Part shown: in pieces, positions 29,551 through 40,983 of the stretch
How the letters are laid out: each line of letters opens with the position of its first letter
Numbering within the stretch: the first letter of the stretch is position 1
Origin: Candidatus Hydrogenedentota bacterium
GTDB lineage: Bacteria; Hydrogenedentota; Hydrogenedentia; Hydrogenedentales; SLHB01
Direction: 5' to 3'
Assembly (NCBI GenBank): GCA_963668025.2
Contig: CAXXTH010000022.1
Span: 64,001-128,000 of the forward strand
DNA length: 64,000 nucleotides
The notes under the pieces: model-generated
Databases searched by the model: none
Told to the model about the DNA's origin: nothing
Seen by the model: only the letters and a program-made list of their open reading frames with translations
Made by a program: the position numbers and the translations under genes

Positions 29551-29840
29551 GGGATACGCCGACATAAACTGAATACAACTACTTGATATACGATGGATTC
29601 AAAAGGAGATTTTTGCAAGAAAACAACATTTTGGGTAACACTTTAGCCAACCGAAGCAGCATTTGATGTATTTTGGCCTTGTTTATTCCATCGCAACGGT
29701 ATTGATGCGCCATATTTTATGTAACGGTTGGCGCACTCGCCGGTCATTCTTAACCGCTTGGGTAAAATGTTACCGATTTTGTTTTCGGTTTTTTTCTCAC
29801 ATGCATAAATGAGCTTCACTGGAAAAGAGCGGTGAAGAAT

Positions 29841-29870
29841 AACCTCTCCAAGAAACCTCTCCAAGAAACC
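29841..29870. repeat. 13-bp tandem repeat AACCTCTCCAAGA x2.3
   Basis: Read directly in the intergenic region. Confidence 0.85.
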
Positions 29871-30059
29871 ATGCATTCTCTACGCCTCCGCGTTAATCGG
29901 TAAATCATACAAACCTTTCCCATTTTGAAACAAGCGTTATATGTTAGCATCTTATACGCTAATGAATGGCTTGGTGCAGAATTCCATATGGTGACAATCG
30001 GGGATGGGAATGCAATGCTTTCCGGCATTTGCGCCAGCAACAAAATAGAGGATTCACGC

Positions 30060-32429
30060 ATGAAAAAGACAATCATGCTATTAGCGCTTTTTCTCGCATT
30101 CGGCGTGTTTTCGGCGTTCGCCTTTGAATATGGCGAGCCGATGGTGGTGGTGGACACCAATATGTTGAAAAGTCCATTGAAACCGTTTGTGTTGCGTTTT
30201 ACTGAGGAAGAGCTGATGTCGCAGCCGATCTGGAACACGCAGGTCGACGCAATCCTGGTTCCTGAAAACGCGCCTTCGCCCATTATGGCCGGCGCGGAAG
30301 AATTGCGCGACACGATTCGTGGCTACCATCTTGGTGAAGTCGAGATTATATCGGCCAGCGTGAACGGGAAGATCCTTCCCAAGCATTTGATTGGCAAGAA
30401 TTGTATTGTACTGGGTGTGCCGCAAGATTTTAAGCTTGCGGCTTCACTTGCGAAGCAAGCGAAGCTTGATGTTACTATTGATACCTACAACGAAGATGGC
30501 TTCCATATTACACCTATATCTCAGGATGGCGCGCAACTCCTATTCGTCACGTCGCCAGTGCCGCGTGGCGTCATGTATGGCGCATTCGAGATCGAAGAAC
30601 GCACGACCCATCGTGGTGTGCCTCGCATCGACCAGGCGTTTATGCCGCGTGCGCGATATCGCGGCTGGCATATGTACCAGTGGAAATCCATGCCGCCGGA
30701 AACCTGCGGCCATTGGCGGCTGAACATTGCCGACCTTAGCGGTGCGCCAAGAGTCCTGTTGAATTGTCCCGACTACCCGGAATTAAGCGCTGGCATGGAT
30801 GTGAAGGCGAACGAGGAAGCCATCGCATGGCACCGCGCCCAGATGCAGAAAAACGCCAAATACGGCATTATCCAGCGCATCAGCATCAATCCACTGACCA
30901 TGCAGTTTACCTATGCGGGCATGTATGAAGGCGCCAAGATCATGGAGAAGAAATTCCCAGGCATACTGGCGCGCCCACTAGATGAAAACAGCCACACCTT
31001 CTGCCCGTCGCACCCGGAAACAAAGCGTTTTGTCGCCAATTCCGTCCGCGAGTTCATGGGCTTTTTCCCCGAAACGCAGATGGTCGTGTTCCAGATGCAA
31101 GATGAAGGCGGCGAGATGCAGTGCCACTGCGGGAAATGCGAGCAATGGCCCTATTATAAACGATTTATCGAATACACCAATCTCGCGATGGATACGGCTC
31201 GTGAAATCAATCCCAATGTTCGGTTCATGATCTATGGCATGGGTGCGTGTAACTTGATTAAATTGATCGACGGCAAAGTCGCTGACGGCCCTTGCGTGGG
31301 GCTCGACCTGCTGTACGACGGCCTGAAGGATAGGCTGGAAATGATCCAGCTCATGGCGACCTCTCCTCCGGGATTCGATGTGCAGAGCTGGTTCTCACCC
31401 GACTCGACCGCCATGGGCCACGGCCTGCCGCTGTATTATATGTTTAAGTGGTTTGAAGCTGGCGGTCCAGCCATCGCATCACCAATCTCGTCGAGCATGA
31501 GCCACCTTGGCTGGCAATTACCTGTTTACCTGGAAAAGATCAACAAATATCTCCTGCCTGGCATGAGCACGGTAGGCGGCGATAGCCTCGTAACGGGCGT
31601 CGATGTGGCCCTGTGGCACGAAGACCTTGACCCGGCCGTCTACATGCGCAACTGGTGCCGTGTAAAATACGGTGAAGTAGCGGGTAATTACGTATTCAAT
31701 GCGATTGACGAAACATATAAGATTACCAATGCCTTCAATGTAAATCCTACAACTAATAACAGCATCACGATGTATCGCTGGACTAAGCCGGGCCAGCCCT
31801 GGTCGGCTGATATGAATGGCCTGACGGCCATCGGCCTCGGACACGACGAGTTCAAACAGACGACTATCGACAGCATTGCCAAACAGGGCTTCATGATCCC
31901 CGATACGACCCAACCGAAAGACCTGCAGGAAATAACAGACGTGTCATTCGCCAAATGGGTTGACCGATTCGACATGCTAGAAGAACGGGCCATTGCCGCA
32001 CGCGCGGAAAAGGAGATGGGGCTGGCGTTTACCGAGCTGCCGGATAACATCGAACTCCGGCAGTTAAACGAGTTGGCGAAGGCCACGCGCGCTTTGACCG
32101 ACTGTTACAGCGATTACCACCTCGCGATGGTTTACGCCAATACCGCGCGTTGCACGTTGGACGGCGAAGCAAAGGCGAGAAACGCCTCGCTGGCGCATGC
32201 GCATTTGGAGAAGGTAGGCGCGAACCTCAATAGCTACGTGGCCAACATGCTGCCAATCACGGCCGACATGACGCCCAATCCTGACCTTGGCCGCATGAAA
32301 CGGGATGTGGAGATGTTCTATCTGACCGCCATCGCCTGCATGGTGCGCGAAGGCGTCTACCTGTTTGATCAGGAATTCAGTGGAAATCTGCTGCCCGCAT
32401 TTGACCAGGCTATCGGCTTGGTAAAATAA
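30060..32429 (+). CDS. Secreted uncharacterised GH-like protein (GH67/GH20-like N-terminal domain, four-Cys motif); distant relative of the array paralogues
   Basis: Signal peptide MKKTIMLL...AFA, GAGGA RBS; EDGFHI, PRGVMYG, KYGI, FCPSHP, DEGGEMQCHCGKC. Confidence 0.75.
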   Translation: MKKTIMLLALFLAFGVFSAFAFEYGEPMVVVDTNMLKSPLKPFVLRFTEEELMSQPIWNTQVDAILVPENAPSPIMAGAEELRDTIRGYHLGEVEIISASVNGKILPKHLIGKNCIVLGVPQDFKLAASLAKQAKLDVTIDTYNEDGFHITPISQDGAQLLFVTSPVPRGVMYGAFEIEERTTHRGVPRIDQAFMPRARYRGWHMYQWKSMPPETCGHWRLNIADLSGAPRVLLNCPDYPELSAGMDVKANEEAIAWHRAQMQKNAKYGIIQRISINPLTMQFTYAGMYEGAKIMEKKFPGILARPLDENSHTFCPSHPETKRFVANSVREFMGFFPETQMVVFQMQDEGGEMQCHCGKCEQWPYYKRFIEYTNLAMDTAREINPNVRFMIYGMGACNLIKLIDGKVADGPCVGLDLLYDGLKDRLEMIQLMATSPPGFDVQSWFSPDSTAMGHGLPLYYMFKWFEAGGPAIASPISSSMSHLGWQLPVYLEKINKYLLPGMSTVGGDSLVTGVDVALWHEDLDPAVYMRNWCRVKYGEVAGNYVFNAIDETYKITNAFNVNPTTNNSITMYRWTKPGQPWSADMNGLTAIGLGHDEFKQTTIDSIAKQGFMIPDTTQPKDLQEITDVSFAKWVDRFDMLEERAIAARAEKEMGLAFTELPDNIELRQLNELAKATRALTDCYSDYHLAMVYANTARCTLDGEAKARNASLAHAHLEKVGANLNSYVANMLPITADMTPNPDLGRMKRDVEMFYLTAIACMVREGVYLFDQEFSGNLLPAFDQAIGLVK

Positions 32430-32460
32430 CCATGGCCGGGAATGGGTTCGTTCATAAAGT

Positions 32461-32509
32461 CTGTGCTCCTACTACACATTCTTCATAGAATGCATAAATA
32501 GGAGCACAG
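32461..32509. terminator. Hairpin between convergent genes
   Basis: CTGTGCTCCTA / TAGGAGCACAG with inner CATTCT / AGAATG. Confidence 0.6.
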
Positions 32510-32533
32510 GAAATAGAATGAATTATATAATCA

Positions 32534-33412
32534 CTACTTTATGGCTATCACACTTCCGCCTGCCTCTCTAGAACGGACAGCCGCATCCAGGAATCCAATC
32601 ACTTCCACCGACTCTTCCAGTGGAACGGGGATAATAGCATCCAGGAAAAATCCGCCCAGTTTTCGGGCCATCGCTTGATAGAAGTCGCCTGTGGCCGCGA
32701 AATGAATGCTGCTCTCTCCATGGATGACACCGCCAAAACTGTTCACCTGCTTGCGCCCGCCGCGCATGACAGCGATACGCCCGTCTTTCCAGCGGCCTGC
32801 GACCACTTCGCCGCTTTCATGCCATAACGTCTGCACGGCTTCCACCCCGGGCCCCATGATAGCAAAGATCATCTCAGCGGTATGGATGCCATAATAAACA
32901 ATGCCTCGCCCTTTTTCGTAATACGCCGCAGGCCCGAAGGCGTCTACGCCCTGTATGTCTTTGCTCTGCTGAAGGGCGGCTAATAGATTGGGTTCAAAAC
33001 GCAAGGAGGAAGCGCTCCATACCGGCGTTCCATATTCTTTTGCCAGAGCCGAAATGGCTTTCGCGTCTTCATAGGTGTTGGCCAGAGGCTTGTCGATGAA
33101 GAGGGGCTTTTTGGCAGGCAACAGCTTCCGGGCCACTTCGAGATGCGTGTCGCCATTGACGCACTCCAGCAAAAAACCGTCACAACACTCAACGAGTTCA
33201 TCTAAATCCTGTATGGCCTCAATGCCTTCCGCGGCAATGTCTTTCAAAAAAGACTCGAGCATTTCAGGATGTACGGCGGTGCTGGGATCACCCTGCCAGC
33301 CATAGGGAAACTCGAGCGCTTTAAAACGAGGCTCTTCCGAGGCCAAGGCGCGCAGTTTTTGGGGAAACACAAAACTATGGCTGGTATCAAATCCCACAAT
33401 ACCAATTTTCAT
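32534..33412 (-). CDS. Gfo/Idh/MocA family oxidoreductase
   Basis: KIGIVGFDTSH, FIDKPLA, SASSLRF, YYGIHTAE. Confidence 0.9.
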   Translation of the reverse strand: MKIGIVGFDTSHSFVFPQKLRALASEEPRFKALEFPYGWQGDPSTAVHPEMLESFLKDIAAEGIEAIQDLDELVECCDGFLLECVNGDTHLEVARKLLPAKKPLFIDKPLANTYEDAKAISALAKEYGTPVWSASSLRFEPNLLAALQQSKDIQGVDAFGPAAYYEKGRGIVYYGIHTAEMIFAIMGPGVEAVQTLWHESGEVVAGRWKDGRIAVMRGGRKQVNSFGGVIHGESSIHFAATGDFYQAMARKLGGFFLDAIIPVPLEESVEVIGFLDAAVRSREAGGSVIAIK

Positions 33413-33454
33413 ATATCCTCCTTTTCAGACCTAGCTGAATTTTTTAAGGTTTCT

Positions 33455-34306
33455 TTATCCCTTAAGTCCGCTTGTAACGATACCACGAATAAAGGCCTTT
33501 TGAGCCACAAAAAACAGCGCTACAATGGGCAGCATCATCATGGCGCTTGCGGCCATTAGCATCCCCCATTCCAGCGTATGTGAGCCTTGAAACTGTTGCA
33601 AACCAAGAGACAGCGTAAATTTCTCTGGACTTTGCAAATAAATGAGCGGCCCCATGAAATCCACCCACGAGCCAATGAACGTGAACAGCGCGACGGTCAC
33701 AAGGGCTGGCACGGACAAGGGAATGATCAGGCGGAAGAAGATACGGAATTCAGAACAGCCATCAATGCGGGCGGCCTCACTGAGCGATTCCGGAATGCCT
33801 CGAAAAAACTGGCGTAACAGGAATACGAAAAATGGCGCGCCGAAAAATGAAGGCAGAATCAGCGGGATGTAGGTGTCGATAGCGCGAATGGTTCTGAAAA
33901 TGATGAAGACCGGAATCATCGTCACCTGTGGCGGCAGAATCATGGTGCCCAGCATCAGATAAAAAAAGAACTCGCGGCCTTTCCAGCGAATGCGGGAAAA
34001 ACCATACGCCACCAAGCTGGCGCTCAAGACGTTTCCAATTACATTCCATACGCAAATAATCAGCGTATTTTTTGTATAACTCCAAAAAGGTATAAATATC
34101 ATGGCGTTAGTGTAGTTTTCCCAATGGAACACTTTTGGAATCCATTGCGGAGGATAGACAAACATCTCCTCGGTGCTCTTCACGGAGGAAGCAAGCAGCC
34201 AGAAGAAAGGCGCTATGAAAAAGAACGAGCCTGCCAGAAGGAAAAAATACGCAAGGCATTTATCCGTAGTAGTTACTCGCATACCTGATGTATCATTTTT
34301 TGGCAT
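33455..34306 (-). CDS. Carbohydrate ABC transporter permease (MalG-like)
   Basis: EAARIDG loop, six TM segments, LMAAS...P. Confidence 0.95.
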   Translation of the reverse strand: MPKNDTSGMRVTTTDKCLAYFFLLAGSFFFIAPFFWLLASSVKSTEEMFVYPPQWIPKVFHWENYTNAMIFIPFWSYTKNTLIICVWNVIGNVLSASLVAYGFSRIRWKGREFFFYLMLGTMILPPQVTMIPVFIIFRTIRAIDTYIPLILPSFFGAPFFVFLLRQFFRGIPESLSEAARIDGCSEFRIFFRLIIPLSVPALVTVALFTFIGSWVDFMGPLIYLQSPEKFTLSLGLQQFQGSHTLEWGMLMAASAMMMLPIVALFFVAQKAFIRGIVTSGLKG

Positions 34307-34309
34307 GAA

Positions 34310-35221
34310 TTAATCTTCTCCGTAATGCACCCAAACACTGCTTCGAATGGTGGCGGTGACGATGAGCGCGATAATTAGGAACAATACCCACGCCATGGCG
34401 CTCGCATACCCCATGGAGAAATTGTTGAAGGCCTGCTGGTACAGATATAGGGCATATACAAGCGTTGAACCTTCTGGGCCTCCCGCGATGACCTGTTTGT
34501 CGCCCGCTCCGCCGCCAGTCATGATGAATACCTGGGTGAAATATTGGAATGAACCAATAATGCCCATGATGACATTGAACAGGATCAGGGGGCTGATCGA
34601 AGGGATCGTGATATGCCATAATTGGTGGCGCCGTCCCGCTCCATCGACCAGCGCCGCTTCGTATAGCTCGATGGGCGTCTGTTGCAGTCCCGCCAGAAAA
34701 ATGATCATGGTGCCGCCGACGCCCCACAATCCTGTCAGAATCAGGGCCGGTTTCGACCAGAACGGATCGGTCAGCCATCCCGGGCCGTCCAGGCCGAACC
34801 ATCTCAGAACGGCGTTGATCAGGCCGTATTCGGGATTCAAGATCCACACCCACAAGATAGAGGTCGCCACAACAGGCACGATGCTGGGCAAATAAAATAT
34901 GGTGCGGAAAATAGACTGGCCTTTTACTTTTGCGTTCAACATCACCGCGAGGAAAAATGCGAAGGCCAATCCCAGCGGCAATCCGAAGGCGGTAATGAAA
35001 AAGGTGTTATACAGCGATTTATAAAAATAGGGATCCTGCGTAAACAATTCGATATAATTTTGCAACCCTATCCAGCGTGGCGGCCGGATAATGTTGTAGC
35101 GGCAAAACGAATAGTAAAAACCGATGATGACGGGATATACAGAAAAGCAGAGGAACCCCACGAGCCACGGCGATATAAACAGAAGCCCCGTCATTAGGTT
35201 GCGTTTTTCGCGTTTAGTCAT
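34310..35221 (-). CDS. Carbohydrate ABC transporter permease (MalF-like)
   Basis: IGLQNY, FRTIFYLP, ELYEAALVDGA, GYASAMAW. Confidence 0.95.
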   Translation of the reverse strand: MTKREKRNLMTGLLFISPWLVGFLCFSVYPVIIGFYYSFCRYNIIRPPRWIGLQNYIELFTQDPYFYKSLYNTFFITAFGLPLGLAFAFFLAVMLNAKVKGQSIFRTIFYLPSIVPVVATSILWVWILNPEYGLINAVLRWFGLDGPGWLTDPFWSKPALILTGLWGVGGTMIIFLAGLQQTPIELYEAALVDGAGRRHQLWHITIPSISPLILFNVIMGIIGSFQYFTQVFIMTGGGAGDKQVIAGGPEGSTLVYALYLYQQAFNNFSMGYASAMAWVLFLIIALIVTATIRSSVWVHYGED

Positions 35222-36561
35222 GGTAAATCCTTATACAACTCGGCGTCCAGCAACGCTCTATCGAGTGATTTCTGCAATCGCTTTTGGAGCGTAGCCAGGC
35301 CTTCCTTCGGGGTAATCGCGCCTGAAAACACCAGCTCCAACACCTGATTGCATTCGGCCGTGAGTTGCTGTCCCAGTGGAAGCGCAGGCACATACCGCGT
35401 CCGGCCCGCACGCAGCAAATCAACAAAATCCTTCATCCTTGTTTTCATTAATTCCTGATATGCGGGATGATTTAGCGCTTCTTCCATGGGCGGTATATTG
35501 TACAGCGCCGCGGCGAACCGTGCGGATTGTTCTGGGCTGATCAGCCAATGCAAAAACGTCCAGGCTTCCTCGGGGTGTGGGCATCCCACTGGAATCGCCC
35601 AGAAACTGTTTCCCGAAATTGTAACGCTTTCCTGTCCAGGTATCACTGTGGGAATGGGTGCAATGCCATAATCCAGATCAATCGCGTATTCCTGGATAAA
35701 CCTCATTTGCCATTGGCCGTCCTCCCAAATCGCAATCTTCCCTTTGTAGAAAGGATTGTTGGGGCTCTGGCTTTCGCCAAATGTAGAGGTAAACCTTCTG
35801 TAGTTATCTATGCCGTATTTTCGATAGAAGGACTCCATCCATTCCAACGCGCGCAGGTTCGCAGGCGAATCAATACACAGCCGCTTCCCGACGGGATCAT
35901 AGATATCGCCGCCGAAATTCCAAAACCAAATGAAGGGACTGCTGGGCATGAATCCTATGCGGGAGATCCGTCCGTCTGCATCCGTTTTAGACAGTTTTTC
36001 ACCCCACTCCGTGAGTTCATCGAGCGTCTTTGGACCCTGGTTCGGAGGAAGACCCGCTTCTCGCAACAGATTGTTATTATAATATAACATGGTCACGTTA
36101 AGCGTGGTGGGAACTCCGTACTTTTTATCAGAGAACATCCCGCATTCCCAAATATGGGGCAAATAATCCTCTTTTGTTATGCCGCTTTCCGCCAGCCAAT
36201 TGTTGAGCGGCATGAAGCATCCGGCTTCCCCCATCGTAGGCAGCATCCAGTCCCATATAGTCGCGACATCCGGTGGAATGCCGCCAGCAATGGCCGCCAT
36301 GAGCTTGTCGCCGATGACGAAGCTGGAAGCTTTCACTTTGATATGCGGATGCGTCCGATTGAATTCATCTATAAGTTCTTTCATAAATTTGCCTTCGTGG
36401 CCATTCCAGGCATGCCAGAAAACAATCTCGACGGGATCTTCACTCTTCTCAGGGCTGCACCCCGCAGCCAGCAGCAGCATGGCGAGTGGAGCAAAAAAGG
36501 CCAGCAATAGGCATTTGCGGCAGCAAATCAGGTTATATGCAATACTATGGATAAAGGGCAT
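35218..36561 (-). CDS. Sugar ABC transporter substrate-binding lipoprotein
   Basis: Lipobox LAAGC, IVFWH, EFNRTHPHIKV, PPDV, LYYN, EEAWTFLHWL. Confidence 0.92.
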   Translation of the reverse strand: MPFIHSIAYNLICCRKCLLLAFFAPLAMLLLAAGCSPEKSEDPVEIVFWHAWNGHEGKFMKELIDEFNRTHPHIKVKASSFVIGDKLMAAIAGGIPPDVATIWDWMLPTMGEAGCFMPLNNWLAESGITKEDYLPHIWECGMFSDKKYGVPTTLNVTMLYYNNNLLREAGLPPNQGPKTLDELTEWGEKLSKTDADGRISRIGFMPSSPFIWFWNFGGDIYDPVGKRLCIDSPANLRALEWMESFYRKYGIDNYRRFTSTFGESQSPNNPFYKGKIAIWEDGQWQMRFIQEYAIDLDYGIAPIPTVIPGQESVTISGNSFWAIPVGCPHPEEAWTFLHWLISPEQSARFAAALYNIPPMEEALNHPAYQELMKTRMKDFVDLLRAGRTRYVPALPLGQQLTAECNQVLELVFSGAITPKEGLATLQKRLQKSLDRALLDAELYKDLP

Positions 36562-36649
36562 GTGATATCCTCATCAGGCGGATCGGACTGATCGGGCCGA
36601 TCTTTTTCTAGAAACATCTGGTGAGCTAGAACGTTTGGTCATTTCAGTA

Positions 36650-36684
36650 AAGGCCCGCCGACCGTAATCCAGACGGCGGGCCTT
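36650..36684 (-). terminator. Hairpin between the beta-helix gene and the ABC genes
   Basis: 11-bp stem AAGGCCCGCCG / CGGCGGGCCTT with only a short U-tail; may be a partial terminator or stabiliser. Confidence 0.55.
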
Positions 36685-36708
36685 CGCGCAACATACACTA
36701 CCGTAGTA

Positions 36709-38493
36709 TTATTTGGCGCATACGCCTTTCTTCAAGGCCACTACGCCGCCGCAAAGCGACAGCAACGCCAGCAGCATCACCGCGACCGAGTTCACCGGCA
36801 ACTCGCCCGCAGCCGGGAAATCGAGCGGATCGAGCGGATCGGTGTTCGCATCAACTTCCTGCTTATCGGAGTACGTATCTTCATCCGTATCCGCAAGATA
36901 CGGGTTGGTTCCGATGGTTTCTTCTTCGCCATTGGTCAGGCCATCGCCGTCTTCGTCGCCTTCGGGATCGAGAACGGATTCAACCGCTTCTTCATACGCG
37001 CCCATGGAGACGCCCGCCACCGTGCCAGGACGAGCCGCACCGAGCAAATCGTCAGCCGGAACCAGCGCATCGGAGGCATTGCCCGTATCAAGGGCCGGAG
37101 AACCAGAGGCCAGCCGGTAATCATCATTTGCGGCATCCGCGAATTCCGGAGCTACGAAGAGATTGCCTGTGCCATCAATGAAGGGATTCGGATTGAGTTC
37201 TTCGACCGGAGGATATTCCTGGAAGAGCGAGTAGTTCACGTACAACGTCGGAGTGCCAGCATCCGTGGCATAATCACGGCGGCCCGCACCTGGATTATTA
37301 TCCCATGCGACCGTATTCAGCACATTCGTGATCGCGCCGGCTTTGTCTACGATGGCTCCACCAACGCCAGGATTCCCCGCAAACGTGCAGTTAACAACAT
37401 CCACCGTACCGCCGCCCGCATCCGCCTCATAATTGAAAAGGCACGAGCCTGTCTCCGTATTGCCTGTAAACAGGCAATTAGTCACTGGCACATGAGAATC
37501 CACATCGGTTTCATGGATACAGAGCACATCATTTCCCGCGTTTCCAACGAACTTGGTGTTTGCCACTGAGCCGCCCGCCACCGACTTCATCAGAATCGCA
37601 CTGCCATTATAGCCTGCATTATTCTCGAAATAACTGTCACTTACATTCAGGGTATCCGTAGCATTGCCACCGCCCCATGCGCAGATGGCGCCGCCTGTAT
37701 CCCAAGAATGGTTCTTAAATGTGCAGCCTTCCACTTCCCATGGGCCGCCCGCACTCCAGAACGCAATGCCAGCGCCAAGCCAGGCGCAGGTGTTTGCATC
37801 GAACGTGCAGTTGCGAAATGTAGCGCCCTGCATGACAAATGCGCCGCCACCGCCAGCCGTCGAGGAGTTGCCGATGAACGAGCATCCGTCCATCACCACT
37901 GTGCTCGAGGTGATGAGCGCGCCGCCGCCGTTATCGCTTCCCTGGCACCCCGTAACAACACAATCGCTAATCGTCAATGAACTGCCAGCGACCCAGATGC
38001 CTGCGCCACCGCCAGCCACACAATTCTGGATGATCAGATTCGATACCGAGTTCGTGCTGTTCATAGCGTTTAAATAGAGGCCACGGCCAGCAGCGTTTTG
38101 CAGGGTGAAACCGTCGATGGACGCATTCGTCAGGCTAGCGCCATACACGCACATTTCTTTGGCATCTTCCGCTGAAGCGGAAATGATGGATACATTTGCC
38201 GCCGGATCACGCGTTTCGAGGGTGCCGCCATTGGTGAAACCGCCCAAAATCGCAACATCGGATTGCATGACGATGGTTGCGGAATAGGTGCCCGCCGCCA
38301 CCCAGATGTCTTCACCCGAACCCAGTGAGACTGCGGCAGCAAGTGCGCCAGCTCCTTGGTACGCATTTTCCCACGACGAGCCGTCATTCGCACCCGTCGT
38401 CAGATTTGCATCCGCATACACTATCGCGGATGCGCTCGGCGCTATCGCAAGCGCCATGACAAACAACGCCATTACCATCATTCGTGTTCGCAT
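36709..38493 (-). CDS. Secreted right-handed beta-helix (pectin-lyase-like) protein with Ca-binding DxDxDG repeats and a C-terminal membrane anchor
   Basis: Signal peptide; DGSSWENAY, IWVAAGTY, repeated GGA/GAG...CxFxxN units, DYRLASGSPALDTG...MGAYE, DEDGDGL/DTDEDTYSD, then LPV + hydrophobic helix + KK. Confidence 0.85.
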   Translation of the reverse strand: MRTRMMVMALFVMALAIAPSASAIVYADANLTTGANDGSSWENAYQGAGALAAAVSLGSGEDIWVAAGTYSATIVMQSDVAILGGFTNGGTLETRDPAANVSIISASAEDAKEMCVYGASLTNASIDGFTLQNAAGRGLYLNAMNSTNSVSNLIIQNCVAGGGAGIWVAGSSLTISDCVVTGCQGSDNGGGALITSSTVVMDGCSFIGNSSTAGGGGAFVMQGATFRNCTFDANTCAWLGAGIAFWSAGGPWEVEGCTFKNHSWDTGGAICAWGGGNATDTLNVSDSYFENNAGYNGSAILMKSVAGGSVANTKFVGNAGNDVLCIHETDVDSHVPVTNCLFTGNTETGSCLFNYEADAGGGTVDVVNCTFAGNPGVGGAIVDKAGAITNVLNTVAWDNNPGAGRRDYATDAGTPTLYVNYSLFQEYPPVEELNPNPFIDGTGNLFVAPEFADAANDDYRLASGSPALDTGNASDALVPADDLLGAARPGTVAGVSMGAYEEAVESVLDPEGDEDGDGLTNGEEETIGTNPYLADTDEDTYSDKQEVDANTDPLDPLDFPAAGELPVNSVAVMLLALLSLCGGVVALKKGVCAK

Positions 38494-38559
38494 TATGTAA
38501 CTCCTCCAGTTGTCTCTTTCTTCGCCCTTAATCCGAAAAGGAATGCTCCTTTACGTGGA

Positions 38560-39693
38560 TCAACCATACCCGCCCACCAACGCACTATACTGATACAAGG
38601 TACAACTTAATTGCGGCTTGGACTCGACCCGGTCTGGGGAAATACATGGGAATTTCGAGCCATAGCGGAAAAACTCGACATGCCCATCCATAAAGAGCGC
38701 ATTGCTGCCGCCTGGGACGTGGTTGAAATACACCACTCCGCTATCCGTATGAAATCCGGTGTCATCCACACCGATATTGTAATCCGTGGCCCAAGCGTCC
38801 CACATAATAGGCAGCATGCTCTGCCCCATGGCGCCGCTGGCCGGATTATTGATATCGGTAATGAAGAATCGCTCGACGCCTTCCCGGGTCCGCTTATAGG
38901 CGGAAGGCAACGGGTTGCCATCATCATCGCCCCAGCCCCAGGCGCTTGCTTTCGCACGACGGTCTTTGCCGGGCAGATGATTCATCACCGCACTTGGCAC
39001 ATCAATTTGCCCCATGTCGTACCATTCGTAAATGCCGTTCCACTCATCCCGGCATCCTACGGCCGATAGATTCGACGTCACGATTGTTTTGATCTGGGTT
39101 GCCGCGCTATAGGAGCCATACGGTTCACGCCAATACTGTGAGCCAAAGCCACTCGCCATCACGGACTCGAGCCACTGCGACCCGGTGGCGGTCGCATAAG
39201 GATTGTATATGTACGAGAAGGGGTGGGATAGGATGGTTAACCGGCATATTTTCGCTGTCTCCGTCAGGCTCGAATTGCCATTGTCGGAAACTTTATCAAC
39301 AATATCCGCTATCGGTTCATCGCCGAGGCCTGGGAAATCGCCACCCCATCGAGCGATACCGCCCCAATCGCCACGAGAGTCCGAAGGACAAAGTGCGATA
39401 CTGGGATCATTCCAGTAGTCCGGATACAACTCACCTGCATTCACTCCCTGTGACCAATACATTCCTGCCGGCTTATAGGCGCTGGAGCCGGGTAGCAGCC
39501 CGCTTTTGTTTTCCGAGGAATACATCTTGCAGATGATGCCCCATTGCTTGAGATTGCTTGCGCAGCTCGCACGGCGTGCGGCCTCCCGCGCACGGGCCAG
39601 CGCGGGCAGCAAAATAGCCGCCAGAATGGCGATAATGGCTATCACCACCAGCAGCTCAATCAGTGTAAAGCCTCTTTTGGAATGACCAATCAT
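38560..39693 (-). CDS. DUF1559-type prepilin-like protein with H-X9-DG C-terminal motif (copy 1)
   Basis: [27 protein letters not shown] type IV prepilin cleavage/methylation site; [17 protein letters not shown]; AGGAGG RBS. Confidence 0.92.
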   Translation of the reverse strand: MIGHSKRGFTLIELLVVIAIIAILAAILLPALARAREAARRASCASNLKQWGIICKMYSSENKSGLLPGSSAYKPAGMYWSQGVNAGELYPDYWNDPSIALCPSDSRGDWGGIARWGGDFPGLGDEPIADIVDKVSDNGNSSLTETAKICRLTILSHPFSYIYNPYATATGSQWLESVMASGFGSQYWREPYGSYSAATQIKTIVTSNLSAVGCRDEWNGIYEWYDMGQIDVPSAVMNHLPGKDRRAKASAWGWGDDDGNPLPSAYKRTREGVERFFITDINNPASGAMGQSMLPIMWDAWATDYNIGVDDTGFHTDSGVVYFNHVPGGSNALFMDGHVEFFRYGSKFPCISPDRVESKPQLSCTLYQYSALVGGYG

Positions 39694-39752
39694 CAATAAT
39701 CCTCCTCTTCTGTTCCTGTTGCCTTTCAAGCAATTGTTCATGATGGCAATAT

Positions 39753-40958
39753 TTAGTGTGTGATATATTTAGGGATATATATTTTGTTTGATTCACCTCC
39801 TTCTGTACTGCTGGATTGCAGTTCAAAGTTTTCCCAAGCAGCCAACGGTTCAAAATCATCTCCGAGCGGGCAAGAACCTCGGACGCGAAGCCGTGGAGAA
39901 CAGATAATCTCCCGGCCTGGCTCCGCCATGCCCTCTATCTCCTCGAAAAGCAATTCCGCTGCTTTTGCACCCATCAAGGCCTGACGAATATTTAGCGCGG
40001 TGATGCTTGGCTCCGCCGTGTTGAAGCCTTGCTCATCGCCATACGAAACCAACTCGACGTCTTCCGGGCAGCGCAATTCCAAGCTTTGGATGTTTTGGAG
40101 AATTCTCATGACCATGTCCGCCCACGCAACGATAAAGGCGGTAGGACGGGGTGAAGTGAGGAGAAGCTCCCGGACCTCTTCGCTTATAATTTCATAACAG
40201 GACGCATTGTTAAACCTGGCTTCGTTTTGGGGCAAGATCAGTTTTGAATCGACAGGGACGCCGTATGCCTCATGCGCAAGACGATATCCCTTCTCCCGTA
40301 ATTGGCTTAACAGATTCGCCAAACCTCGGGGCAATACCAAGGCAATACGGCGGTGCCCCCGTTTCAGCAAGGCGGCGGTCAGCGCGTAAATGGCCCCCTG
40401 GTTGTCGCCAGAGACCGTACTAACGGAATGTGTGCTGGGATTGGGGCCTATCATCACCAGCGGAATGCCCTCTTCGAGGATTGGCGTATACAGATCATAA
40501 GCCGGATTAGGCGAGGTGTAGATCACCCCCTCCACGAAATCTAGCGGCGAATTCGCACAGATGGGTGCATCTTTGGCATCGGTCTCGCTACGGCCCAATA
40601 GCTGAAGATCATAGCTTCGCCTCACCGTTACGGATTGAATACCGCTGATAATCTTTCCCAAGGTCGCCGTATACAAATCGTGCCATTCGTCGATTTCGTC
40701 CGGCGGCGTGGCGAAGGCGGCCATGGACACCCCAATGATCCGCGTATTCTTGGTCATCAGGCTTTGAGCGATACGATTGGGCCGGTATCCCAGCTTCTCG
40801 ACAGCGTCCAACACCAATTGGCGCGTGGAGTCCGAGATGGTGATGGGAGCGCCTTGGCCGCTGAGCACGCGGGAAACGGTGGCTCGGCTCACCCCTGCGA
40901 ATCGGGCCACTTCCTGCATGGTGACGTTCCGTTTGACATCGGGGATTTTTTTCATCAT
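39753..40958 (-). CDS. LacI-family transcriptional regulator
   Basis: [45 protein letters not shown]. Confidence 0.95.
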   Translation of the reverse strand: MMKKIPDVKRNVTMQEVARFAGVSRATVSRVLSGQGAPITISDSTRQLVLDAVEKLGYRPNRIAQSLMTKNTRIIGVSMAAFATPPDEIDEWHDLYTATLGKIISGIQSVTVRRSYDLQLLGRSETDAKDAPICANSPLDFVEGVIYTSPNPAYDLYTPILEEGIPLVMIGPNPSTHSVSTVSGDNQGAIYALTAALLKRGHRRIALVLPRGLANLLSQLREKGYRLAHEAYGVPVDSKLILPQNEARFNNASCYEIISEEVRELLLTSPRPTAFIVAWADMVMRILQNIQSLELRCPEDVELVSYGDEQGFNTAEPSITALNIRQALMGAKAAELLFEEIEGMAEPGREIICSPRLRVRGSCPLGDDFEPLAAWENFELQSSSTEGGESNKIYIPKYITH

Positions 40959-40983
40959 TATAGTTTTCCGAGTAATTCACAAA

